Shown: positions 19,274 through 29,020 of the stretch, one piece after another | Layout: every line of letters begins with the position of its first letter | How positions within the stretch are numbered: the stretch's first letter is position 1 | From: a virus | Reading direction: 5' to 3' (one strand) | Length of the DNA stretch: 64,000 nucleotides | IMG/VR virus record: IMGVR_UViG_3300045283_000397 | Span: 26,565 to 90,564 of that record | Notes under the pieces: generated by a model | What the model was told of the DNA's origin: nothing | Seen by the model: only the letters and a program-made list of their open reading frames with translations | Database searches by the model: none | Made by a program: the position numbers and the translations under genes

Positions 19274-21215
19274 TCCCCCAATCCTTACCGAATTCAGCGT
19301 CCACCTTCATCGGCACGCGCAATTGTACTACGTCACGCATGATCTCGGCTACTCTCAGGGCCGTTTTTTCATCGCCCACCGACACATCTATCTCGTCGTG
19401 CATCATGAGCAGCGGCGTAATTCCCTCATGCCAACATTGGCGAAGCGCCAACTTTGCCTGAATGGCCGCGCTACCCTGGATGAGGCGATTGAGGGCCTTC
19501 TGGCAGAAAGCCCGGCGCAAGCGCTTATCGGGCCACAACGCGCGCGCGGCGGCCAGCGGACGAGGATAAGCGTAACCGGGTTCCCCGTCGCGCCAGGCCA
19601 ACTCCCACAAATCGAAGTGAGAGCGCGCCCCGTTGAGCAAACGCACCCAGCCACGGCTTTCGGCCAGCTGCTGGCAGCGCTTTGCCAATTCCTTAACGAA
19701 GGGTAATTCGCGATTGTACTGATCCAAAATGGCGCGCGCAGCTTCCTCGCTCTGGCCAATCATCATCGCGAATTTCTTCACCCCGGCCCCATAGCTGACG
19801 CCGAAGTTTGCATCCTTAGCAGGTTTGCGATCCAGCCCCGTGATCTCGGCCACATATTGATGGAAGTCGGTCTCGGGGTCCTCGCGGTAGCGCTGTGCCG
19901 CTGCGCCCGCGCCAGGGAGATCTAGTAGCTCGGCGAAGTGCACGATCAATCTGTATTCCTGCTGGCTCCAATCGAACGAGCCCCACACTTCCCCCGGCTC
20001 CGGCAGGAACGCACCGCGGAACACCGCGGCTATCTCCTCATCGCGACTGGGCGCTTGCTGCAAGGCGGGGTCGGAATAGCTGAAACGATAGGAGCGCGTG
20101 CCATCCCCTGGTTCCCCTCGGTAAGAATTCACACTGGCGTGGAGCCGTCCTCTATGGGCGTAATCTAAGATAAATCCTTTAAGAAATTTGTCGGCTGCCT
20201 CGGTCAGCTGGTCCGCTCTCGACACCAGCCGCGGCAACCAGTGTTCATGCCCCCTCATCCAATCCTTGGTAAATGACCCCTGGCCCGTTTTGGCCGTGCG
20301 CGGGTAGCCTATGCGCTGGGAGTCATGCGCCTTCTCCAGCCAGCGCGGCGAGCGCACCTGCTCCATCCCCAGCGCCGTCACTCCCAGCTGCTCGGTCAGC
20401 TCCTTCAGCACCCCATCGCGCTTTTCCAGCAGCGCCCCCCGGCTCCGCGCCACGCCCTCCAGGTCCACCCTAATGCCGCGGCGCCGCATCTCCAGGCACA
20501 TGGGCACCAAATCCATCTCCAGCCTATACGCTGCCCAGGTGCCCTCGGCCTCCAGCGTCGGCACCAGCGCGTTATAGAGCGCCAGCGTGGCCCTGGCGTC
20601 CGCCTCCGCGTACAAGCCCACGTAGCGCGCCGGCAGCCTCCACAGCGCGCCCTTTACCGCGTCGCCATGGTACCCGTAGGCAGCCGCGGCCTCCCTAAGC
20701 GCGCGCTCGTCCTTCCCCGGCAGATCGCGCCACCGGCAGAGATCGTCCAGCTGGTAGTTGAGCCGATTCTCATCGACCATCACCGCGGCGGCCAAGCTAT
20801 CCTCTATGATCGAGGGAGGTTCCAGGCCCCATTGGGCGCGCTGCCACCCGAGATCGTAGTTGGCAGAATGGTACAGCCAGCGCAGCCCCCCGGCCGCGGC
20901 GTGGTGGTCGCCCAGCCAGCGCCTCACCGCGCCTTCATCAAAATTCGCCCCCTCAGGGTGGCGCAGCGGCACGTAGATGGCCTGATCGTCCCAGGCCCAA
21001 GCTATTCCGGCTATGTGCCCGCTACGGTACGGCCAGCCCGACCCGCGCCCGGCGGCGAGCGAGTCGTCGCGCGTCTCGATGTCTTCCGCGATAATCAACT
21101 CTCCCCGGTCGCGCAGATCGGGCAATTCCGCCGGCGCCACCCACGCGGAAGGCGGCGTTATCAAGGGGAGTTGCTCTCCTCCAATGTGGACGCTTTTGGC
21201 CCGGGCGCGCGCCAT
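19245..21215 (-). CDS. Family A DNA polymerase with 3'-5' exonuclease domain
   Basis: EDIET, ANYD, YAEAD (exo); FDWSQQEYR (motif A), RKPAKDANFGVSYG (B), HDEI (C). Confidence 0.95.
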   Translation of the reverse strand: MARARAKSVHIGGEQLPLITPPSAWVAPAELPDLRDRGELIIAEDIETRDDSLAAGRGSGWPYRSGHIAGIAWAWDDQAIYVPLRHPEGANFDEGAVRRWLGDHHAAAGGLRWLYHSANYDLGWQRAQWGLEPPSIIEDSLAAAVMVDENRLNYQLDDLCRWRDLPGKDERALREAAAAYGYHGDAVKGALWRLPARYVGLYAEADARATLALYNALVPTLEAEGTWAAYRLEMDLVPMCLEMRRRGIRVDLEGVARSRGALLEKRDGVLKELTEQLGVTALGMEQVRSPRWLEKAHDSQRIGYPRTAKTGQGSFTKDWMRGHEHWLPRLVSRADQLTEAADKFLKGFILDYAHRGRLHASVNSYRGEPGDGTRSYRFSYSDPALQQAPSRDEEIAAVFRGAFLPEPGEVWGSFDWSQQEYRLIVHFAELLDLPGAGAAAQRYREDPETDFHQYVAEITGLDRKPAKDANFGVSYGAGVKKFAMMIGQSEEAARAILDQYNRELPFVKELAKRCQQLAESRGWVRLLNGARSHFDLWELAWRDGEPGYAYPRPLAAARALWPDKRLRRAFCQKALNRLIQGSAAIQAKLALRQCWHEGITPLLMMHDEIDVSVGDEKTALRVAEIMRDVVQLRVPMKVDAEFGKDWGSAKNAWNTA

Positions 21216-21219
21216 GGGG

Positions 21220-21495
21220 CTAGTGGGCCCGCAGCTTGGTCTCAGCCTTCAAGGCCAACCAGCCACGTTGGGTGGTATAGATAACCCTCTGTGCTTCATT
21301 CACGTAATAGGGCGGGGGTTTTTCGATTTGTTTATATTTCTTCCAGGGTCTCCAAGGACGGGCGAAAAGCCGCTCCTTCCAGGTACGGCGCACCAAATCG
21401 AAATCAGTCAAATAGTCGCTGACCAAGACGCGCATGCCCCCAATCACCATTCCGGTGTCCAGATTCTGGCCTTCAAAGAGGTTCCCCCCGGTCAT
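21220..21495 (-). CDS. Hypothetical protein
   Basis: RRTWKERLFARPWRPW motif typical of small phage proteins. Confidence 0.55.
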   Translation of the reverse strand: MTGGNLFEGQNLDTGMVIGGMRVLVSDYLTDFDLVRRTWKERLFARPWRPWKKYKQIEKPPPYYVNEAQRVIYTTQRGWLALKAETKLRAH

Positions 21496-21625
21496 CGCAA
21501 CAGCACCCCCAGCAGCAGACCCGCGGGCATGGCCGCCGCTAGCGCCAGCGCTATGTTCTGCACCTGCTCGCCCACACTAGTGACCAGCAGCACGGGCTCG
21601 CGCCAGTCGGCCAGCAGCCTACGCA

Positions 21626-22399
21626 TCATGGGGCCTTGCTCAGGTGGTTCCATTTGATCATGGTGTGGCCGCTCTCGCCGTCAAGTTGCACATAGGCATC
21701 GCCATCTTGCAAGAACTCCTTGGCCACCCCGGTCCGGCCATAATAGGTATGGCCGGGGGTGGTGCACACCACCCGGTCGCCCACCTTCATATCGAAGGCA
21801 CCGCCTCCGGGCACTATGTTCTGGCGCGCATGGTGGCCGCCATCTTCCGGTGTGCCCGGCCTGTTGGGCTCCTCGCGCCATTTGGCCCCGCGCCTTGCCA
21901 ACTCCGCCCTTATATCGCGCGCCAGCGCGTCGCCCACGCGCGAAAGCGGCGAGCGCCCGAGATCGATCAGTTGCGCGCGCAAGCCCGAGGTGGACCACTG
22001 ATTTAGTGACTGTCTGTTGAGGGGAGGTTCCGTAGCCAGTGGCCCCGTCCTTATCACGCTGCGCGCAGCCATTTCCGCTTCCACTAAAAGCAAATAGCGC
22101 CTCAAGTCGCGCACCTCGGCCAACACGGTGCCATCCCCGCCTGTGGCGTCGGCTTCGACGGCGGCAAACACGTCGTAGCGCTCCACCGTCAAGTTGGGCT
22201 GGCCCGCGCGCGAGCGATTGAGAATGTGCGTCTCGCGCCCTAGCATATTCTCCAAGCGGTCCCACTTGCGCGCCAACATATGAAACGCGCCGCAACCACC
22301 ACGCTTTTTCCAGGAACCTTGGTAAGTTTTTTCTTTTTCTTTTATATGTTCCACATCAGACTGGGCGATCGAAAATAAATAATCTAGATGGCTGGACAT
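21626..22399 (-). CDS. Nmad1/DUF1599 (MazG-like) nucleotide-modification-associated protein
   Basis: KEKTYQGSWKKRG...MLARKWDRLEN...DLRRYLLL. Confidence 0.7.
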   Translation of the reverse strand: MSSHLDYLFSIAQSDVEHIKEKEKTYQGSWKKRGGCGAFHMLARKWDRLENMLGRETHILNRSRAGQPNLTVERYDVFAAVEADATGGDGTVLAEVRDLRRYLLLVEAEMAARSVIRTGPLATEPPLNRQSLNQWSTSGLRAQLIDLGRSPLSRVGDALARDIRAELARRGAKWREEPNRPGTPEDGGHHARQNIVPGGGAFDMKVGDRVVCTTPGHTYYGRTGVAKEFLQDGDAYVQLDGESGHTMIKWNHLSKAP

Positions 22400-22890
22400 T
22401 TAGCCCTCCTTTTCTCCCAACCTCTTTTAGCAGACTTGGACATTCTTTCTTTCACTCCTGGTAAAGCCCACCATGCAAGAATAGAAGCTTTCATCTTAGG
22501 GCGGGGGCCGGGGGGCCTCTTGATTAAACCGTCTCTTTCAGCTTTTTGTTGGTTTTGAGATCGAGTGAGGAGTTGAAGATTTCTTAGTCTACAATCTAAT
22601 TTCTTATTATTTATATGATCTACCTCCATTTTAAGGGAGATAGGACCATTAAACCAAAACCAAACTAACCGATGAGTATAAACCATTTTGCCGTGATGGC
22701 GAACTTGTCCTCTACCATTAGGACCGGGGGTGTGTCCCACTCTTCTCCAGGGGCCTTTAATATGGGTAGGGCCACCCATTTGCTTACAAGTTAAAATATG
22801 ACCTGATTTATTTACTCTATAAAGACCACTGGTCTTCATAATAGGAAATAAATAATCGTTTTTACCTGTGTATCTATAATTAGGCACCAT
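22384..22890 (-). CDS. HNH homing endonuclease
   Basis: HRLVW...VDHINNKKLDCRLRNLQLLT..QN; low GC. Confidence 0.85.
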   Translation of the reverse strand: MVPNYRYTGKNDYLFPIMKTSGLYRVNKSGHILTCKQMGGPTHIKGPWRRVGHTPGPNGRGQVRHHGKMVYTHRLVWFWFNGPISLKMEVDHINNKKLDCRLRNLQLLTRSQNQQKAERDGLIKRPPGPRPKMKASILAWWALPGVKERMSKSAKRGWEKRRAKCPAI

Positions 22891-23425
22891 CGGCCACCGC
22901 CTCCTCCAGCCTCTCGCGCTTGATTTGATAGGCAAGCAGGTTGGTGCGGATAAATTCGGGCAGCTTCATCTCCAGCAGTGTCGCGCGGCACCGCTGGGCG
23001 ACCAGCGCCGCATACCTATTGCCCATGTTGATCTCATGCAGCGCCCATTCCAGCATCTCGAGCGTCTCGGCCGCTTTGAATACCGCGCGATCCATCTCGC
23101 TCAGCACCTGCACCCCCGGCAGCTGCCAGCGCTTGGCCATCGCGCGGTGCGCCTCGTCCTCGCTCACATCCAGCGCGGCCTTGAGCAGCTTGTTGCTGCG
23201 CTTGGCGTGCCAGCTACAATCCCCTGCCCAAAGTTCTCCCACATCATGGACTAGTCCATGGACTAGCACGTGGCGCGGGCAGTCAGGCCAGATCGCCAGC
23301 AGCAGCCGCATCACCTGCCAGCTGTGTTCCCCGGTAGTCTGGCGGCTAACGTGCGGGAACACCCCGTAGCGCGGTATCTGACCAGCGCGCCGGGCGTCTA
23401 GCACGTGCTCTTCGCGCATGGTCAT
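22880..23425 (-). CDS. HD-domain 5'-deoxynucleotidase (YfbR-like)
   Basis: RY...QTTGEHS...LVHDVGE...GD. Confidence 0.8.
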   Translation of the reverse strand: MTMREEHVLDARRAGQIPRYGVFPHVSRQTTGEHSWQVMRLLLAIWPDCPRHVLVHGLVHDVGELWAGDCSWHAKRSNKLLKAALDVSEDEAHRAMAKRWQLPGVQVLSEMDRAVFKAAETLEMLEWALHEINMGNRYAALVAQRCRATLLEMKLPEFIRTNLLAYQIKRERLEEAVADGA

Positions 23426-23967
23426 GCGGGCGCCTTCGTCCTGATATTTTGCATGGCGAATTGCACGCAGCGCGCTTGATGCTTGGCATCGTCAAGGGCG
23501 TTGTGATGCATACCCTGGCGCAGAATGGATCGTGGATCGAATTGAACGATTTCGAAAAGGGTGCGTGTGCAGCGCACATTCCAAAATTTCCAAGGCACCA
23601 TGGTACCGACCGCGTGTGCCGCTGCCAGCCACAGCGGCTCATCAAAGTTGGCGCCGTGCGACCATATCTGCTCGGCCCTGGCTTCCCAGAGGAACCATTG
23701 GTGGAATTCCTTTACGACTTCGCTAAGCGCGCGCGGATCGATTAGAAGCGCGGCTTCCGCTTCGCGCGATTGGCGTGACCACCATTCTTTGGTTGCTGTA
23801 TCGACGATGAGGCCGGCTTCAAGGCAGGAAACATAGTCGATATTGCGATAGAATTCAGCACCCGTAATCTTCCCCAATGGATCGAATGCAACCGCCCCGA
23901 TGGAGCGTAGCACGCACCCTGGCCGAGTGCCGTATGTTTCGAGATCGAGCATTACGTTGAGCATCAT
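23422..23967 (-). CDS. 3'-5' exoribonuclease-like DEDD protein (Rv2179c/DUF5051 type)
   Basis: VMLDLET, SIGAV.F, W.HGANFD, RCTRT, HNALDDA. Confidence 0.82.
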   Translation of the reverse strand: MMLNVMLDLETYGTRPGCVLRSIGAVAFDPLGKITGAEFYRNIDYVSCLEAGLIVDTATKEWWSRQSREAEAALLIDPRALSEVVKEFHQWFLWEARAEQIWSHGANFDEPLWLAAAHAVGTMVPWKFWNVRCTRTLFEIVQFDPRSILRQGMHHNALDDAKHQARCVQFAMQNIRTKAPA

Positions 23968-24061
23968 ATCCTCCGCCCCGCCCACACCAGCGCCGCGACA
24001 ATCGCCAGCGCTAGCGCGCCCTGGGCCGCCTGGCCCAGGTCCATATACATCGGCCCCGTCA

Positions 24062-25180
24062 TCATGACGCCACCATCTCCGGCTTGCGCATCCGGCGCTC
24101 GAACCACTCGCGGCATGCAAGGCGCCAATCCGTCGCTGCTATTTCTGTGGTAAGCGCCAAGGCTTCATTGCGGTGGCCCAACCTCCACAGCCGCATGCAG
24201 ACGGCCATGGGCCAGACCGTGCGCGAGAGGAACATATTGCGGAACCCCCAATTTGGCGCGCAAGGCTCTGGGTCAATAACGTGTAGGTCGTCCAACATTT
24301 CCATCAAGCGCATCAGCTCCCGGTCAAAGCTCTCGGGCTCGTCCACCAGCGCCATCGGCGCCACCCCGGCCGTGGCGTAGCCGTTGCCCGCTAGCGCGAG
24401 AGGCAAGCCGAGGGCGCGCAGCGCGCTGACCGGGGTGCCCTTGGGTGCGCCCGCGCGTCGCGCCAAGCGCTCCAGTTCGATCACGTAGATATGTAGGTTC
24501 CAGCTAACCATGGTCAATGTGCCCACCTGCACTCCGATCATGGCGGCTAGGTATTCGAGCAAAATTGCAAAATGAACGGAATTCGCGCCCGCAAGCCCAA
24601 ACAAAAAATCATGGCTGCGGCTGGTGGTCATCATATGCAGCGCATCGTCACGCACGCGCAAATTTATCATGAGATTACAGGGCCTATCGCGCCACTCGCC
24701 CTTGAGATCGTTGGCACCGATGGTATACCTATCGTAGACGTCGGCAGCGGCGATATCTGATGCATCCCACATCTGGATTACGGCCTGGCGATCCCCCCGG
24801 TTACGGCGCAGCTTCTCGATGCAGACGGCTAGCTGGTCGTAGCCGAAGTGCGTCCTCCACCTTTGTCCATAGCCGCCATGGATGTTGCCGTCGGGCTCGG
24901 CAAAGCGCGCGCCGAAGTCGCTGATGTAATTGTTGAGCAGAGCCGCGTCCGAGCGCCCCGCCAGCATGGCCGCCGCCTCTATGAGGTGGAATGCAGGATT
25001 GGCATCCCTCACCGCATTGAACAGCACGCACTCGCGCGGGCGCGCATATACGGTGGCCACCGGCCCCGGCGCCACCAGCACCGGCCCGTTGCGGGACGCC
25101 TCCTGGCTCCCGTGCTGGAGCAGATAGTCCACGCCCAGGGGCAGCGCCTCGGCGACATTGACCGCGTGTATTACGTGCAC
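24062..25180 (-). CDS. Thymidylate-synthase-fold enzyme, probable dUMP hydroxymethylase
   Basis: RDANP, YGQRWR, DRQAVIQMWD, catalytic PCN, RSHD..FG..GAN (Asn at the dUMP-specificity position), NLHIY. Confidence 0.82.
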   Translation of the reverse strand: MHVIHAVNVAEALPLGVDYLLQHGSQEASRNGPVLVAPGPVATVYARPRECVLFNAVRDANPAFHLIEAAAMLAGRSDAALLNNYISDFGARFAEPDGNIHGGYGQRWRTHFGYDQLAVCIEKLRRNRGDRQAVIQMWDASDIAAADVYDRYTIGANDLKGEWRDRPCNLMINLRVRDDALHMMTTSRSHDFLFGLAGANSVHFAILLEYLAAMIGVQVGTLTMVSWNLHIYVIELERLARRAGAPKGTPVSALRALGLPLALAGNGYATAGVAPMALVDEPESFDRELMRLMEMLDDLHVIDPEPCAPNWGFRNMFLSRTVWPMAVCMRLWRLGHRNEALALTTEIAATDWRLACREWFERRMRKPEMVAS

Positions 25181-25395
25181 TCGCGTGTCTCCGCGCTGGG
25201 ATGGGCCGTGACAAAGGCGTCGCGCTCCTCCCGGATGGCAAAGCCCCAGGTCCTAACGCGCGTGGAGAATACGACTGAGAGGTGCTTCCCCGGCACGCGC
25301 TCGGGCCGCACCTTGGTGCTGGATGTAGCGCAGAAGGGGTAGCGGTGTTTACGCTCTTCCCAAAATGTATGTGCTTTTCCCATGGGCACTACCAT
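25171..25395 (-). CDS. Hypothetical protein
   Basis: Small ORF overlapping the TS start. Confidence 0.5.
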   Translation of the reverse strand: MVVPMGKAHTFWEERKHRYPFCATSSTKVRPERVPGKHLSVVFSTRVRTWGFAIREERDAFVTAHPSAETRECT

Positions 25396-25487
25396 GGGCC
25401 CGCGCGCAGGCGCAGTAAAGCGTGGAGGCCCGCCAGCGCTAGCTGGTCGGGCCCCCTACAGTCCAGCAACTCTGTGGGGGGACGGGG

Positions 25488-26123
25488 TTACTCGACCGCG
25501 ACGTATCCCTTCTCCACGTCCCAGCGCAGGCAGCCCAGCGCCACCGAGCGCCCGAGCTTCTCGCACAGCGTGGCGACCTTTATGCCGGTGCGGTAGGCGG
25601 CGAACCATTCGTGCGCCTTGGTGCCCTCGCGCTTGGGGTTGCCCTCCGCCAGAACGGTGATCTTGGCCTCGTCGCCGTAGGCCGGCGCGCGTCCGCGCCG
25701 CCCGCTTCCATTGCCTTCCTTCTTCGCCTTCTTAGCCTTGGCCATCTGGCCCTCCTTGCTTTCTGCCGGGGCCGGATATGCCTGCGGCGGTTCCTGCGGT
25801 ACAGTGGGTGGCTCGGCCGGGGTCACCCGCATGGCCTCGGCTTGGTCTTGTAACACCTCTTCGCAGAGGCGCTCGGCGCGCGGGTCGGCACGCAACCTAG
25901 CCAGGCCGGGGCTAATATCGTCCCCCCCGGCGCGGCGCTGGCCCTCCTTGTGGGCCTTCATGCTGCTGGCGATGGCCGCCAGCGACTTCTCGGCGTCGCT
26001 GCGGTCCTTGAAGCAGCGCCGCTCGCGATAGTGCGTCAATCCCGCGAGTTGCGCGTCGGCAACCAAAGTGTTGTAGGCGCGCAGCATCTGCTGGATGGTC
26101 ATCTCGCTATAGTCGGTCTTCAT
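25488..26123 (-). CDS. Hypothetical protein with C-terminal NPKR...WD..KG domain
   Basis: GAACTGGG leader; GNPKREGTKAHEWFAAYRTGIKV...LRWDVEKGYV. Confidence 0.65.
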   Translation of the reverse strand: MKTDYSEMTIQQMLRAYNTLVADAQLAGLTHYRERRCFKDRSDAEKSLAAIASSMKAHKEGQRRAGGDDISPGLARLRADPRAERLCEEVLQDQAEAMRVTPAEPPTVPQEPPQAYPAPAESKEGQMAKAKKAKKEGNGSGRRGRAPAYGDEAKITVLAEGNPKREGTKAHEWFAAYRTGIKVATLCEKLGRSVALGCLRWDVEKGYVAVE

Positions 26124-26205
26124 TGCCCAGTTCTCTCCTGATAGTGGTTTATTAGTATTCAACCTCTAACCCATCTCTTGGAGAATGTAAAGGGGGTCCG
26201 CGAAA

Positions 26206-27012
26206 TTATTTTCTTCCGTCTTCGGCTGCTTTTTTCCAGGCCACGGTGACTTCGGTGCGAGTGCCGAAGCCTTCGGCGTCTGTTTTATTGGCCTTTTGGC
26301 GTAATTTTACATAACCGGGGTGAAGTTCTACTAGGCGCTGAGCGCTGGCTTCGTGCAGCGCATGGGTGCGCCAGAGCGAGCATCCCCCCGGCGCATTGGT
26401 CTGTCCCTGATCGTTGGCCCAGTAGCAGAGATTGGCATTGCCCAGACCCGCGCGCAATAGCTGGAGCTGTACGTCGAAGTCTTCCATGACCGGGAGGCGG
26501 TCATGTTCGCAGGCCAAGAATTCCTTGGTGCGATAGACGAGCACACGCATCACGCGCGTGTCGCGCAGCACCAAGTCCTCCGGCGTGCCCACGCCGTGCC
26601 GATTGTTGCCTTCGCGGCTGCTCACCCCTGCCGAAGCCACCTCGGCCAAGCAATCCAGCAGCGCCGCCAGCATTTGTTCCATATCACCCCAGGCCACGGG
26701 GCGCAGGTGCCAGCTCTCGTTAGATTTCCTTACAAAAAAGCGCACGTCGTCGTCCATCATCAGGAAAGCATCCTGCCCCTGGCCGCTGGCCATTTCGCCA
26801 ATGATGCGTCTCTTCTCACCGATAGACCTATATCCGATTCCTTCTACCGTCACGCCTTTAATAGAGTTATTGGCCAATTTGTTCTTGTATCGGGCGACTT
26901 CGTCTCCCGGCACGACCAATATGGTGCGCGCGCGCAGCCCTGGTCCCATATCTGCGAGCGGGCCGTGTGGGATGAGCGCGGCGCGCCCCCGGCTGGGGAT
27001 GTAGATCTTCAT
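26206..27012 (-). CDS. GT-A glycosyltransferase, TAGT/GREB1-like (base J glucosyltransferase-related)
   Basis: IYIPSRGRA, IGEKR..I, MMDDD (DxD), EDFD..LQLL..G, TNAPGGCS. Confidence 0.78.
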   Translation of the reverse strand: MKIYIPSRGRAALIPHGPLADMGPGLRARTILVVPGDEVARYKNKLANNSIKGVTVEGIGYRSIGEKRRIIGEMASGQGQDAFLMMDDDVRFFVRKSNESWHLRPVAWGDMEQMLAALLDCLAEVASAGVSSREGNNRHGVGTPEDLVLRDTRVMRVLVYRTKEFLACEHDRLPVMEDFDVQLQLLRAGLGNANLCYWANDQGQTNAPGGCSLWRTHALHEASAQRLVELHPGYVKLRQKANKTDAEGFGTRTEVTVAWKKAAEDGRK

Positions 27013-27737
27013 GATTTTCTTCGAATACGTTTACCAAGCCCTTGTTTCTTAGCTCTTCGAGAAGCTGCGGCGCGCTTCTCCGGCGTCCAAGCACTCCGTT
27101 GTTTTTCACGCGTTTCCAAGCTGGCCTTGCGCCCAGTGTTTAATATGCGTATGCGCCTGCTTTGTTCTCGACGCCGCTTAGGTGTCCATGCTGCACGCTG
27201 CTTGGCACGTGTTTCTTTACTAAACTTGATACCGCGCCTTTTCTCTCCGGCTATGGCTGCTTTAATAAGGAAACTCGCCACAGATTCTGCCGACCAAGTT
27301 TTACGGCCGAATTTACCTTTGGCGTGTTGTTTCTTAACTCGTCGTGATCGGCGTTTTATTTCTTCGGGATCTGCTGCAATTTGCAAAGCAGCTACGCTCA
27401 TTTTAATTTTTGTTTCTTCAGTATGTTTAGACCCTTTGGGGGTACCAGCATTGGGTTGGACATTTAATAAAGGGCCATCATAATTATCCAACCACCATTG
27501 TTCCCTGATGTCCAATTCGGACTCAGGGCAAAGTTCCATTATTTTATATTGCCAGTCCTTTGGATTGGTGCTGTTCCAAGCGTCTAATAATTTCTTGCTA
27601 TGGTGCCATGGCCGTTTGAGCATGGCCCGATGATATGAAAATCTGTTCTCTATCCACACTGACCCACCAATATATGCCATTTTGGTCAGCACATGGATCA
27701 GGGCATATATGCCGCAACTCTTTTTAGGCCTGGCCAT
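27009..27737 (-). CDS. GIY-YIG homing endonuclease with NUMOD3
   Basis: GIYAL...AYIGGS...R...H; KHTEETKIKMS; low GC. Confidence 0.85.
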   Translation of the reverse strand: MARPKKSCGIYALIHVLTKMAYIGGSVWIENRFSYHRAMLKRPWHHSKKLLDAWNSTNPKDWQYKIMELCPESELDIREQWWLDNYDGPLLNVQPNAGTPKGSKHTEETKIKMSVAALQIAADPEEIKRRSRRVKKQHAKGKFGRKTWSAESVASFLIKAAIAGEKRRGIKFSKETRAKQRAAWTPKRRREQSRRIRILNTGRKASLETREKQRSAWTPEKRAAASRRAKKQGLGKRIRRKS

Positions 27738-28605
27738 TCCCTTCGAAAAGGCGCTTGGGCCTCCCCTCCCCTAGTCGCACGCGCTCATATTTGTCGAATT
27801 CGCAATTTAGCGATTGACAGTCTTGACCATGAAATGGCTCGTGTAGCCATTTGCTATTTATCCAGTCTTGCAGCCTGCGCAGCTGCAAGCGCCATTCATC
27901 CTCGCGCCACGCGGCATCCTTTGGCCTATTCAAAATCCTATTTAAGCCACGCCTGCTCCCTGGGCCACTGGCAGCGAACGTATACCAGTCCACGGCCTTG
28001 CGCAACGGCTCCACATATTTGCAGTCAGCAATTACTTGCGCGGCCATAAAGCTACCGAGCCCTTGCATCTGGCCCAGCAGCATGTGGTAACTGTTTAGAC
28101 TGTCCCCCGGTTTGGGCCGCAACCTTTCTCGCCCCTGCCAGAGTGGTTGCAACACTTCCACTGTGACATACTCTGCCTTGCTCATCTTGCGCCCATTGGT
28201 GCTGACGATGTAAGCTGGCCCAAAGCACAGTTCACCATACTCCTTGCGCCGCGCCATCACCCTCAAGAACCTCTCAGGCTCCCAAGGCACCGGCCAGCCG
28301 ATCTCCGCCAGCGTCTCCGGCCAATTCACGAATCTTGCAACAACCATCCCGAACCACAAATCCTCATCCCCGGCGTAGGGCTCGCGCCAATTAACCCGGA
28401 TCCATTGCGTCACAGCATCATCCTCGCGTCGAATGTTGCAAAATCTGTAAGAACGTAAGATGATGTCATCCGTCCAAGGCTTCGGCTGCCCCGCCGAGCG
28501 CCTAAGCCTGATGGCCTCGCGTTCAACGGCGAAGGCCAGGAGACGTTCGCGCGGATCGGCAATGGCGCCAATCTTAGTTTCAATCGCTGGCGCGGGCACT
28601 GCCAT
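27724..28605 (-). CDS. aGPT-Pplase1 / 5-hmdU DNA kinase helical-domain protein (HhH-glycosylase-like fold)
   Basis: EREAIR...PWTDDIIL.SYRFCNIRREDD, RFVNW, GLGSFMAAQVIAD, GPGSRRGL, CEFDKY. Confidence 0.78.
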   Translation of the reverse strand: MAVPAPAIETKIGAIADPRERLLAFAVEREAIRLRRSAGQPKPWTDDIILRSYRFCNIRREDDAVTQWIRVNWREPYAGDEDLWFGMVVARFVNWPETLAEIGWPVPWEPERFLRVMARRKEYGELCFGPAYIVSTNGRKMSKAEYVTVEVLQPLWQGRERLRPKPGDSLNSYHMLLGQMQGLGSFMAAQVIADCKYVEPLRKAVDWYTFAASGPGSRRGLNRILNRPKDAAWREDEWRLQLRRLQDWINSKWLHEPFHGQDCQSLNCEFDKYERVRLGEGRPKRLFEGNGQA

Positions 28606-29020
28606 GCTCCTTGGCGGTCTCGATGGCCCAGCGCGGGGCGCAATAGCGCTTCTCGTTGCGCGCATAAATCACGGCCTTGCGCGGCAGCCAGAGCCGCCAG
28701 CCGTAGTAATCGAACTGGATGGCCCAGTCCGTGCGCTCGTGGGACTCGCCCAGGTAGCGGTATCCCGGCAAACGCTCAGCCACCCGTTTTATCCCCCGCA
28801 TCACCATTGACCTTCTCCACCGTAATCTTAACCCGGTCCCCTGCATGTATTTCGGGTTTTTCAAACCCGAGATGCAAGCTCTCGTAGCTGCCTTCCAAGT
28901 GCATGTACCAGCCCAACGATTGCTCGCGGAACTTGGCCTCCTCGCCGAAGCCGCTTAGATATATCTTGCGCATCTCCTTGCGTACGCTAAGCACCCGGGT
29001 ATGCGTCACCCATCGCATGG

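Noticed and set aside
18551-21215. Group I intron or intein in the polymerase (or other genes next to endonucleases)
   Set aside because: The polymerase has all motifs and a normal C-terminus; flanking genes look complete, so the endonucleases are free-standing
22880-23425. DatZ of a 2-aminoadenine (Z) genome
   Set aside because: No PurZ/adenylosuccinate synthetase-like gene in the window; context points to pyrimidine modification
24062-25180. dCMP hydroxymethylase (T4-like glucosyl-hmC pathway)
   Set aside because: The specificity position is Asn rather than Asp, and the neighbours are hmU-associated families; not fully excluded without biochemistry
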